NCBI GenBank assembly: GCA_013816585.1
Contig: JACDEE010000004.1
Coordinates: 3,017 to 67,016, forward strand
Length of the DNA stretch: 64,000 nt
From: Sphingosinicella sp.
GTDB taxonomy: Bacteria > Pseudomonadota > Alphaproteobacteria > Sphingomonadales > Sphingomonadaceae
Direction of reading: 5' to 3'
The translations under genes and the position numbers were made by a program. Shown piece by piece: positions 29,207 through 37,371 of the stretch; the first letter of the stretch is position 1, and the number at the start of each line of letters is the position of its first letter. The notes under the pieces were generated by a model. The model was given only the letters and a program-made list of their open reading frames with translations, ran no database searches and was not told where the DNA came from.

Positions 29207-30169
29207 ATGATGGGGCCCAGCAACTCAAATAGGCCGATGGGCCGCGTACAAGCACCCGAACCGGCCGTGATGAGCGACGCCTTTCAGCAGCGCCTTGCCC
29301 GTTGGAACCGCGATCGCCTGGCGCCCGGCTTTCCCGACCAGGATTTTGCGGCGACCAGTGCCCGCGATCAGCAGATGCGGATCACCGAGGCGGGATTCTT
29401 TACCGAGCTTCGCGAGGAGGTGGCCGATCTCGCGGCCGCTGCGCCGGCCTCGCCCGCCGATTTCGTTGCCTGGTACGAAGAATTGAAACAGACCGGCCCG
29501 GGGCAGAATGATCCGCTTTTTCCATGGCTCGCGGAACATGCCAGCAAAGCCGAATTGCGCTGGTTCTTCGAACAGGAGGCGGCGGGCGAGGCAGGGTTCG
29601 ATGATCTGGTCGCACTCACCCAGGTGAAGATGCCGACGGCGGCCAAGCTGGAACTCGCGCGAAATTACTGGGACGAAATGGGCCGCGGCAACGCCAAGGG
29701 CATGCACGGGCCGATGCTGCAGATCCTGGCCGACGCCCTTCAAGTCACGCCGACGATCGAAAATACCATTCCGGAAAGCCTTGCGCTTGCCAACGCGATG
29801 ACCGCCATGGCGACGCGCCGGGATCTTGCCTGGCATTCGATCGGCGCGCTTGGCGTTATCGAACTGACCGCCCCGACACGCGCATCCAAAGTCTCGGCTG
29901 GATTGCGGCGGGTGGGTTTCAACGGCCGGCAACGCCATTATTTCGACTTGCATGCCGTGCTGGACGTCAAGCACAGCGAGGCATGGGTGTCGGAAGTCAT
30001 AAGGACGCTGGTGGCCGAAGACCCGGCGCGCGCGCGCTTTATCGCGGAAGGCGCGCTGATCCGACTCAGATGCGGTCAGCGTTGCTATGCGCGATACCGG
30101 AGCGAGTTGTGGCGCACTGCCTCCGCGCCAAGGCCCGGTCACGAAGCGCCGGGTCGCCAGGCCGCGTGA
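29207..30169 (+). CDS. iron-containing redox enzyme family protein (heme-oxygenase-like diiron fold, PF14518-like)
   Basis: 320-aa ORF with Glu/His-rich helices (EQEAAGEAGFDD, NYWDEMGRGNAKGMHGPM, HYFDLHAVLDVKHSEAW) typical of HO-like diiron oxidases. The true start may be the internal ATG at 29237 or 29270, given the promoter position. Confidence 0.7.
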   Translation: MMGPSNSNRPMGRVQAPEPAVMSDAFQQRLARWNRDRLAPGFPDQDFAATSARDQQMRITEAGFFTELREEVADLAAAAPASPADFVAWYEELKQTGPGQNDPLFPWLAEHASKAELRWFFEQEAAGEAGFDDLVALTQVKMPTAAKLELARNYWDEMGRGNAKGMHGPMLQILADALQVTPTIENTIPESLALANAMTAMATRRDLAWHSIGALGVIELTAPTRASKVSAGLRRVGFNGRQRHYFDLHAVLDVKHSEAWVSEVIRTLVAEDPARARFIAEGALIRLRCGQRCYARYRSELWRTASAPRPGHEAPGRQAA

Positions 30170-30187
30170 CCCGCGGACTTCGTTGAA

Positions 30188-31495
30188 GTGCGAATCCTGG
30201 GCTTCACGGAAACCTGCGACCTGGGCGCGCTCTATCGCAGCCTGATCGCCGAGGGCCATGAGGTCCGGATCATAATTTCTGAAGCCGAAGCGCGTGGGAC
30301 GATGCGCGGCCTCGTCACGCAAATAGAGGATTGGGACGCTGCCCTCGAATGGGTCGGCCACGACGGGCTTATCCTGTTTGAAAGCGTGTCGGAGGGTTAT
30401 GGCGAGCGGCAGGATGCCTTGCGGCTCCAGGGCTATCGAGTGATTGGCGGGAGCGCCTGGGGCGACCGGCTGGAAAATGACCGCGCCTTTGGGCAGGAAC
30501 TGCTCGCGGAGCTCGGCTTCCCGGCCGGCCATGTCTGGGAATTCGCCGAGGTCGCGGAGGGTATCGACTTCATCGGCAAGCGACCCGCCCGCTACGTCAT
30601 CAAATTCAGCGGACCCGATTTTTCTTCCGGGGATAATTTTATCGGCGAGATGACGGACGGCGCGGACGTGGCGGCCTATCTGTCGTGCAAGAGCGGTCTG
30701 CTGGACGGCGGTTCGCGCTATGTCCTGATGGAATTTATCGAGGGAATCGAAATGGGCGTCGGCGCCTATTTCAACGGCGAGCGTTTTCTGCGGCCCGCCT
30801 GCCTCGATTGGGAACATAAGCGCTTCTTCGCCGGCGACATGGGCGAATTGACCGGCGAGATGGGCACCGTTGCGACCTTCACCGGTAGCGATGTTTTTTT
30901 CGAAGCCACCTTGCTCGGGCTGGAGCCTTATTTTCGAGGCCGAGGCCATATCGGCTACGTCAATCTCAACACTATCGTGAACGATGCCGGGATCTGGCCG
31001 CTCGAATTCACCTGCCGCTTTGGATATCCAGGTTTCGCCGTGCTCGATCCGCTGCAGGAAACCCCGTGGGGCGATTTGTTCGAGCGGATGCTCGATCCCG
31101 GCAGCGCGGCCATGGAAATTGCTCCGGGCTTCTCGACCGGCATAGTCGTCACGACCCCGCCCTTTCCCTACAGCCGGAAGCAGATGGACGAGCCGATAGG
31201 TCTGCCGATCCTGCTCTCGCCTTCTTTGACTCCGGAGGACCATGATCATCTGCATTATGGCGAAGTCGGTCTGGCGGGGGATCAATTGATCACGAGCGGG
31301 CTTTACGGCTGGACAATGGTGGTCACAGGGACCGGCGCCAGCATAAACGGTTCGATCCAGGCCGCTTATGATCGCGTGGCCAAAATCCATGTCCCTCGCG
31401 GGCGCTACCGGCTTGATATCGGCGACCGCATTGCTGACGAATATGAGCGCCTGGAAACATTGGGCTGGATCGGCCCGGGCGCGGGGTTTTCGTGA
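30188..31495 (+). CDS. PurD-family ATP-grasp ligase paralog (phosphoribosylglycinamide-synthetase-like)
   Basis: 435 aa with a GTG start. DWEHKRFFAGDMGELTGEMG matches the PurD signature DHKR..GD.GPNTGGMG. YVNLNTIV...PLEFTCRFGYPG matches PurD's EFNCRFGDPE. Confidence 0.8.
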   Translation: MRILGFTETCDLGALYRSLIAEGHEVRIIISEAEARGTMRGLVTQIEDWDAALEWVGHDGLILFESVSEGYGERQDALRLQGYRVIGGSAWGDRLENDRAFGQELLAELGFPAGHVWEFAEVAEGIDFIGKRPARYVIKFSGPDFSSGDNFIGEMTDGADVAAYLSCKSGLLDGGSRYVLMEFIEGIEMGVGAYFNGERFLRPACLDWEHKRFFAGDMGELTGEMGTVATFTGSDVFFEATLLGLEPYFRGRGHIGYVNLNTIVNDAGIWPLEFTCRFGYPGFAVLDPLQETPWGDLFERMLDPGSAAMEIAPGFSTGIVVTTPPFPYSRKQMDEPIGLPILLSPSLTPEDHDHLHYGEVGLAGDQLITSGLYGWTMVVTGTGASINGSIQAAYDRVAKIHVPRGRYRLDIGDRIADEYERLETLGWIGPGAGFS

Positions 31496-31499
31496 TTCC

Positions 31500-31898
31500 A
31501 TGGGGCTGAAACAACTTCCGCACGAACAGGTGATGGTGCGCCTCGCGCCCTCGCCCATATCCGGGATTGGTGTGTTCTCCGCGCAGCATATTGGCGAGGG
31601 CACCAACATCTTTGCCAACGACATGCGTGCCATTCGCTGGATCAGCGAGAAAGATGTCGCGGCGCTTAGCGGGCCCCAGCGCGCCTTGTATGACGATTTC
31701 GCCATCCGTCGCGATGGAGAATATGGCTGCCCGGAAAACTTCAATCTTCTGACGGTCGGCTGGTATCTCAACGAACCGGCGGCGGGCCAATCCCCGAACG
31801 TCCATATGACCGAAGATTATCAGATCATCGCTTCACGCGACATTGCGACGGGGGAAGAGATTACCGTCCGATATTCGACTTTTTCGGATAGTGTTTGA
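31500..31898 (+). CDS. small SET-domain-like protein (putative lysine methyltransferase fold)
   Basis: 132 aa, ATG 4 nt after the upstream stop. It has GIGVFS (the SET GxG block) and a C-terminal GEEITVRYS (an ELxxxY-like block). The NHS block is degenerate (LNEPAAG..PNV). Confidence 0.55.
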   Translation: MGLKQLPHEQVMVRLAPSPISGIGVFSAQHIGEGTNIFANDMRAIRWISEKDVAALSGPQRALYDDFAIRRDGEYGCPENFNLLTVGWYLNEPAAGQSPNVHMTEDYQIIASRDIATGEEITVRYSTFSDSV

Positions 31899-31948
31899 GA
31901 TTGCGGCTAGCGGATACGGATAAGGTCGCTGGCGCTTGCGCCACGAGG

Positions 31949-32272
31949 TCAGAGCGCCAGATGCTCCACCGCCGCCCGCAACCTTTCGTCATTGCGTTGC
32001 CGGTCTTCTGCACTCTCCAGCCGTTCAAGAAGGCGCCGCTGCTTTTTCAACAGGGTTTGCACTCGTTTGGCGGCTACCTGATAGGCCCTGATCCGAACGC
32101 GCCGCGCATGATTAGACTTCCTGCGCGGGTCGGCCGCCCGCTCTCGCTCCAGCATCACCTCGGCAAGTCCATTGAGAATGAGCAGGGCGCCGTTCAGCCC
32201 CTCCTCAACGCCCTGCGCCCTGGCAAGTTTTTCCCGCTCGCCGGCCGATGTTTCCAAGCGAGGCCGTTTCAC
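31949..32272 (-). CDS. hypothetical small charged/coiled-coil protein
   Basis: The GTG at 32272 overlaps the ppk2 TGA (GTGA). It encodes 107 aa rich in R/E/L/A heptad-like sequence. No recognisable family. Confidence 0.35.
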   Translation of the reverse strand: MKRPRLETSAGEREKLARAQGVEEGLNGALLILNGLAEVMLERERAADPRRKSNHARRVRIRAYQVAAKRVQTLLKKQRRLLERLESAEDRQRNDERLRAAVEHLAL

Positions 32273-33045
32273 AGCGAATAATTCTCGATCGGTTTCAACT
32301 GGCCGTAGCGTTCTTTCTTCGGCTTGCCGGCGAGAGGGGCAAAGGGAATTTCTTTTTCCGGCACCCTGGTCTCGGGCAACCGGTCGAGCAAGTCGCGAAC
32401 CAGCGTCAGCCGGCCCAATTTCTGATCGTTGAAATCGACCAGCGTCCAGGGCGCATCGGCGGTGTGGCTGGCCTTTAACATCGCCTCGCGCGCCTTGGTA
32501 TAATCGCCATATTTCTCGCGCGCCGCCAGGTCGATCGGCGAAAGTTTCCACCGTTTCAGGGGGTCGATCAGCCGCTCTTCGAACCGTTCTTCCTGCTTCG
32601 CCTGGTCACAGGTCAGCCAATATTTGAAGAGAAGGATGCCGTCATCCACCAGCTGTTTCTCAAAGCTTGGGGCCTGTTCCAGGAAAGCTTCGGCCTGCGC
32701 GTCAGTGCAATAGCCCATCACCCGCTCGACCCCTGCCCGGTTATACCAGCTTCGGTCGAACAGGGCGATTTCCCCGGCCGCAGGAAGGTGAGCGACATAG
32801 CGCTGGAAATACCATTGCGACCTTTCGCGCTCGCCTGGTTTGGAAAGGGCGACCACCCGGCACTGGCGCGGGTTCAGATTTTCGGAAATGGCCTGGATCG
32901 CGCCGCCCTTTCCCGCCGTGTCCCGGCCTTCGAATATGATCAGCAATCTCTTGCCGCATTCCTGCACCCACCGCGCCGCCTGGATCAATTGCTCCTGCAT
33001 CGGCTGCAGCAGGGCCTCATATTCCTTCCGCTTCAACTTCGACAT
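32269..33045 (-). CDS. ppk2: polyphosphate kinase 2
   Basis: Walker A-like FEGRDTAGKGG plus the SWYFQRY and FDRSWYNR motifs. Start taken at MSKLKRKEY with a GGAAGAGGA RBS. Confidence 0.9.
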   Translation of the reverse strand: MSKLKRKEYEALLQPMQEQLIQAARWVQECGKRLLIIFEGRDTAGKGGAIQAISENLNPRQCRVVALSKPGERERSQWYFQRYVAHLPAAGEIALFDRSWYNRAGVERVMGYCTDAQAEAFLEQAPSFEKQLVDDGILLFKYWLTCDQAKQEERFEERLIDPLKRWKLSPIDLAAREKYGDYTKAREAMLKASHTADAPWTLVDFNDQKLGRLTLVRDLLDRLPETRVPEKEIPFAPLAGKPKKERYGQLKPIENYSL

Positions 33046-33226
33046 AAGGTCCTCTTCCTGACGAACGTTATTCACGCAAATCAAACCGGTGTGCAGCGAC
33101 CGGCGCCGTCTTCCTACTCCGCATCAACGACCAGGGGGTGCGACATTCCTTGGAATCAGCTGCCCTGGCGTGACACGAATGGCTTCGCCCCATTGCGGAG
33201 GTTCGCCCGGATGGTAAACCAACCTG

Positions 33227-34005
33227 ATGGCCAAACTATCCGACGCCTTGCATGGGTTCGAAATTCAGGGCGACCACCATGTCATCGAAGCGCCGGAGGA
33301 TTGGTCACAAGGCCGGACTCTTTATGGGGGGATGACCACGGCGCTTTGCTACGAGGCGGCCAAGCTTCAATGTGGCCCCCAGGCCCAATTGCGATCGGCG
33401 CAAATGACGTTTGTCGGTCCCGCGAGCGGCATCCTCACCTTTCGGGCAGATGTCCTTCGTGCCGGAAAATCCAGCACCGCGATCGCCGTCGATTGCCGGA
33501 CCGGGGAGGCGCTGGCGGCGCGCGCCAGTTTCGTGTTCGGCGCCGACCGGTCGAGCCTGATCGATGGTCGGGCCAGCCGGCGGACTGACCTTCCGGACCC
33601 GCCGGAGGCCTGTCCCCCCTTCATTGGCGCTACCGGAGGGTTTCACGACAATTTCGAACTTAAGCTTGCGGACGGATCCCCGCTCTGCAGCGGCGGGCCG
33701 CTCGGTTTCAGAGCGTGGACTCGGTTCCGCGAGGGGCCGGGGACGGACCCATGACCGCCTTGCTCGCGCTGGCGGATTCACTGCCACCGGCCGCCATGGC
33801 GGGCTTTCCGCAATCCGTGCCGATCAGCACGATGACGTGGGCATTGGATGTGATGGAGGCCCCCTCCGACATGGACGGATGGCACCTGCTCATGTCCGAA
33901 AGCGATCATAGTCTGAACGGCTATTCGATGCAGTCGATGTCGCTTTGGGACGCACAGGGTAAGCATTTGGCGATTGGCCGGCAGGTCGTTGCCATTTTCA
34001 TCTAG
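33227..34005 (+). pseudogene. TesB-like acyl-CoA thioesterase (double hotdog) interrupted by a 1-nt frameshift
   Basis: The N-terminal 175 aa (33227-33754) and C-terminal ~85 aa (33751-34005, a different frame) together give a family-typical ~260 aa. The junction is at the CCC run at 33748-33750. Confidence 0.6.
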
Positions 34006-34055
34006 CACGGCCCGCATTTGCTTACCCGCGCAGTTGAGGAGCCTTTAACCTCATT

Positions 34056-35474
34056 GTGCCAAATGGCTGCTCGATGAGACATGAGAAAATAATGGCCAAA
34101 GCAGGCGGGAAGCGGATCAGAAGGTCCGAGCTTCTCAGCGCTTTCAGCTACGCCCTCGACATTACCGAAGGCCAGCCGGAAGGGCATAGCGTCAGGTCGT
34201 GCTGGATCGCCTGCCAGCTGGGCGAGCAGCTTGGCCTGCGCCGGGACGAGCAACGGGACCTCTTCTACGCGGTCCTTTTGAAAGACCTTGGTTGCAGCAG
34301 CAACGCCGCCAGGATCTGCAACGTCTATCTGGCGGACGACCGATCCTTCAAACGTGATTTCAAACTTGTCGGCCCGAAGCTGTCGGACATACTCGCCTTC
34401 GTCTTTTCACAAACCGCGTCCCGGGCTCCGCTGATGAGCCGCGCGAAATCCATTTTTAACATCCTGATCAATGGTCCTGCGATCAGTCAGGAACTGATCC
34501 AGACACGTTGCGAACGCGGCGCCGACATAGCGCGGCAACTTCGTTTTTCGGACGCGGTCGCGCAAGGAATCTACCATCTGGACGAGCATTGGGACGGATC
34601 CGGAAAGCCCGATGGACTGGTCGGTGAGGCTATTCCGCTTCTGTCGCGAATTGCCCTGCTCGCGCAGGTCGCCGATGTCTTTCACACGCATGATGGTCCG
34701 GCCGCGGCAACAGCCGAGGTCATGAGACGAAGTGGCTCGTGGCTCGACCCACGCCTTGCCGAGGCTTTCTCTGCGCTGGCCAGCGGCTCGGGATTCTGGG
34801 CCAGACTCGCATCGCCGACCCTTGCCGAGGAGCTGCTGCACTCTTCGGCCGCGCAGTGCCAAATGCTTGCTGAGGAGGATTTTCTGGACGACGTCGCCGC
34901 CGCCTTTGGAAGCGTCGTCGATGCAAAAAGCCCCTATACCAGCGGGCATTCCGAGCGCGTGGCCGGCTATTGCGACAGGATAGCAGCGCTGGTCGGTTAT
35001 GATCCGGCCCGCCGCCGCTGGCTAAGGCGCGGAGCGCTTCTGCACGATATCGGGAAGCTCGGGGTCAGTAATAATATCCTGGACAAGCCGGCCAAGCTGG
35101 ACGCCGCGGAATGGGATCTGATGCGGCAGCACGCATCCCACACGCTGTCGATCCTCAGCAGGATATCGGCCTTTGGCGATCTGGCGCCCATTGCAGCCGC
35201 GCACCACGAGCGGCTGGACGGCCGCGGCTATCCCATGGGTCTTGCCGACAACCAAATCAGCCTCGAAACCCGGATCATCACGATCTGCGATTTTTTCGAT
35301 GCCCTCACCGCCGATCGGCCCTACCGCCGGGCCATGTCCGCCGAACAGGCGCTCGGGATCATTTCAGAAAGCGTCGGCACCGCAGTGGATGTCACCTGCT
35401 ACCAGGCTTTGTGCCGGATGGTCGAAGAGGATTCAGAGGCGCCCAAAGCCCGCCCTCCGGTCGGGCTCGCCTGA
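34056..35474 (+). CDS. HD-GYP domain protein (c-di-GMP phosphodiesterase family), tandem degenerate + intact domains
   Basis: The C-terminal domain has HDIGKLGV and HHERLDGRGYP. The N-terminal domain has the degenerate equivalents LLKDLGCS and EHWDGSGKPDG. Confidence 0.85.
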   Translation: MPNGCSMRHEKIMAKAGGKRIRRSELLSAFSYALDITEGQPEGHSVRSCWIACQLGEQLGLRRDEQRDLFYAVLLKDLGCSSNAARICNVYLADDRSFKRDFKLVGPKLSDILAFVFSQTASRAPLMSRAKSIFNILINGPAISQELIQTRCERGADIARQLRFSDAVAQGIYHLDEHWDGSGKPDGLVGEAIPLLSRIALLAQVADVFHTHDGPAAATAEVMRRSGSWLDPRLAEAFSALASGSGFWARLASPTLAEELLHSSAAQCQMLAEEDFLDDVAAAFGSVVDAKSPYTSGHSERVAGYCDRIAALVGYDPARRRWLRRGALLHDIGKLGVSNNILDKPAKLDAAEWDLMRQHASHTLSILSRISAFGDLAPIAAAHHERLDGRGYPMGLADNQISLETRIITICDFFDALTADRPYRRAMSAEQALGIISESVGTAVDVTCYQALCRMVEEDSEAPKARPPVGLA

Positions 35475-35517
35475 TACTCCAGCGTCTATATCGAACGACG
35501 CACATGATAGCTTTGCG

Positions 35518-37371
35518 CTAAATCGTGCCCAGCTTCGCGCGGATACGCTCGTCCACGCGCCGCTCGAAGATAGTCAGCGGCATCGCCCCTTCCTTCAATA
35601 TTTCGTGGAAGTCGCGGACATCGAAGGCGGAGCCGAGCGCCTGCTGCGCCTTGGCGCGGGCGCGGACCCAGGCGATATGGCCGATCTTGTAGCTGCAGGC
35701 CTGACCCGGCGAGGCGCAATAGCGTTCCACCTCTCGCTGCACGCGCGAACGGGCAAAGCCGGTGGCGGCCACCATATGATCGATTGCCTGTTCGCGGGTC
35801 CAGCGTTTGTGGTTGAGCCCGGTATCGACCACCAGCCGTTCGGCCCGGAACAGGAAGGATTGGAGATAGCCGGCGCGTTCGATGCCCTGATAGGCGCCAA
35901 GCTCGTCCGCCACCTGCTCCGCATATAATGCCCAGCCTTCGCCATAAGCCGAATAGAAAGCGATCCGGCGGAGCATGGGGATTTCCGCCGAACCCTGAGT
36001 GACGCTGTTCTGCAGATGATGGCCTGGATTGCCTTCATGATAGGTAAGAGCAGGGAGCGAATATTTGGGCCAGTCGCCGGTCGATTTGAGATTGATGAAG
36101 TAAATGGCCGGGCGCGAACCGTCGAGCGAGGCCGGGCGATAATAGCCGTTGGACGCCCCGGCTTCGATCTCCGGTGGCACACGGCGGATTTCGAGCGGGT
36201 CGTTCGGTGGATTGTTAAAGGCCTTGGGAAGGCGGCCAGCCATGTCCGCCATCCCTTTGTTGAGGCTGACGAGAAGCGCGGCGCGCCCCTCGTCCGTGTT
36301 CGGGTAAAGTTGCTCGGGCGATTTGTTGAGCTCGGTCAAACGCTCGCCGACGCTCCCCTTCGTATGGCCCGCCGCACGCAATATCTTGTCGAGTTCGGCG
36401 GTGATGTCCGCCACCTGCTGCAGGCCCAGCGCGTGGATTTCGTCGGGGCTGTAATTGGTCGTGGTGGCTTCTTTCAGGGCCGCCGCGTAGATTTCCTCGC
36501 CGCCCGGGACGCGCCAGACGCCATCCCCCGGTCGCGTGGTCGGGCGAAGTGCCACCAGGGCCGCGATCTGCCGGTCGAGCGCCGGATAGATTTGCCGGCC
36601 GACGATCGCGGTGGCGCGGGCGGCCCAGTCGCCGGACAGATTCTTCGCCGCGGCCCGGGTCGCAAGCGAGGTGACCATATTGCTTGTCCCGGCGGCGGGC
36701 TTGCGTAGATCCCTTAGCTGGCCGAGCGCCAGATCGAGCGACCAACCGGGTGCCAGAAATCCGCGCGATGCCTGGCGCTGCTGTTCCGCTGTCTCATGGT
36801 CGAGCACGGTTGCAAATTGCGAAAGGCGCGACAAATAGGCTTCGGCATCGGCCAGGGTTTCAATGGTATGTGCGCTGTTGAGGAAATCGGGAACCGAGAA
36901 ATAGGCGCCGTCCTGCTGGCTGATCAAATACGGGCTTTGCGGATTGCCGACATTGAACCGTTCCGGACCGACATTGCTGGTCTGAAGATCCCAGATCACC
37001 ACTTCCCGGTTGAGCGCCATGGCCGTGCTCAGCTTCGCGGGGTCGACCGCTTCGAGGCTGGCGATGAAGCGGTTTGTTTGCGCAATATCTTCCTCGCGCG
37101 CAGCAGGATAGGGACGGATATCGAGCTGGGACTTCAGCCCGGCAAGCGCGTCCTTGTCGAGGCCGGTATAAGTGGCAAGATAGGGGTCGGATCGGACCTG
37201 TTCCTGGAAGATCGATTCAAACAATTTGCCGAGGGCCGCATCGCCCATGCCGCCGGCTGCACCTGCCGAAGAAACGGCGGGCGCCGCCAGCGGACCGGCG
37301 GCGCAGGAGGCGAGGAAGGGCAAGGCCAGTGCGGCAGCGCTTCCGCTGACCAGAAATTGACGACGGTCCAT
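35518..37371 (-). CDS. DUF885-family protein (secreted/lipoprotein, metallopeptidase-like HExxH)
   Basis: 617 aa with a Tat/lipobox-like N-terminus (MDRRQFLVSGSAAALALPFLASC) and the YHEGNPGHH motif typical of DUF885. Confidence 0.85.
   Translation of the reverse strand: MDRRQFLVSGSAAALALPFLASCAAGPLAAPAVSSAGAAGGMGDAALGKLFESIFQEQVRSDPYLATYTGLDKDALAGLKSQLDIRPYPAAREEDIAQTNRFIASLEAVDPAKLSTAMALNREVVIWDLQTSNVGPERFNVGNPQSPYLISQQDGAYFSVPDFLNSAHTIETLADAEAYLSRLSQFATVLDHETAEQQRQASRGFLAPGWSLDLALGQLRDLRKPAAGTSNMVTSLATRAAAKNLSGDWAARATAIVGRQIYPALDRQIAALVALRPTTRPGDGVWRVPGGEEIYAAALKEATTTNYSPDEIHALGLQQVADITAELDKILRAAGHTKGSVGERLTELNKSPEQLYPNTDEGRAALLVSLNKGMADMAGRLPKAFNNPPNDPLEIRRVPPEIEAGASNGYYRPASLDGSRPAIYFINLKSTGDWPKYSLPALTYHEGNPGHHLQNSVTQGSAEIPMLRRIAFYSAYGEGWALYAEQVADELGAYQGIERAGYLQSFLFRAERLVVDTGLNHKRWTREQAIDHMVAATGFARSRVQREVERYCASPGQACSYKIGHIAWVRARAKAQQALGSAFDVRDFHEILKEGAMPLTIFERRVDERIRAKLGTI

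Noticed and set aside
27504-31495. Graspetide (omega-ester/amide RiPP) system with the repeat protein as a multi-core precursor
   Set aside because: Not adopted as the main call. The ATP-grasp is PurD-like, not the RimK-like type known for graspetides. The candidate donor residues vary between repeats (Thr to His or Arg, Lys alternating with Arg). The peptide is separated from the ligase by another gene and lies on the opposite strand. It is kept only as one alternative in the cluster finding.
29225-31771. 848-aa ORF antisense to the HO-like, ATP-grasp and SET-like genes
   Set aside because: It is Arg/Pro/Gly/Ala-rich with no recognisable motifs. It spans three well-supported sense-strand genes, so it is a typical high-GC shadow ORF.
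27293-31898. Integrative genomic island or prophage remnant at tRNA-Thr
   Set aside because: There is no integrase, transposase or phage gene. I could not find by eye a direct repeat of the tRNA 3' end near 31.9 kb, and apart from the 27.9-28.2 kb spacer there is no strong compositional break. tRNA proximity is noted but mobility is not supported. A computational search for att repeats was not possible.
31895-32281. 128-aa plus-strand ORF between the SET-like gene and ppk2
   Set aside because: The sequence is Pro/Leu/Arg-rich without structure-like periodicity. The minus-strand frame, coupled to the ppk2 stop, looks more protein-like. Neither is certain.
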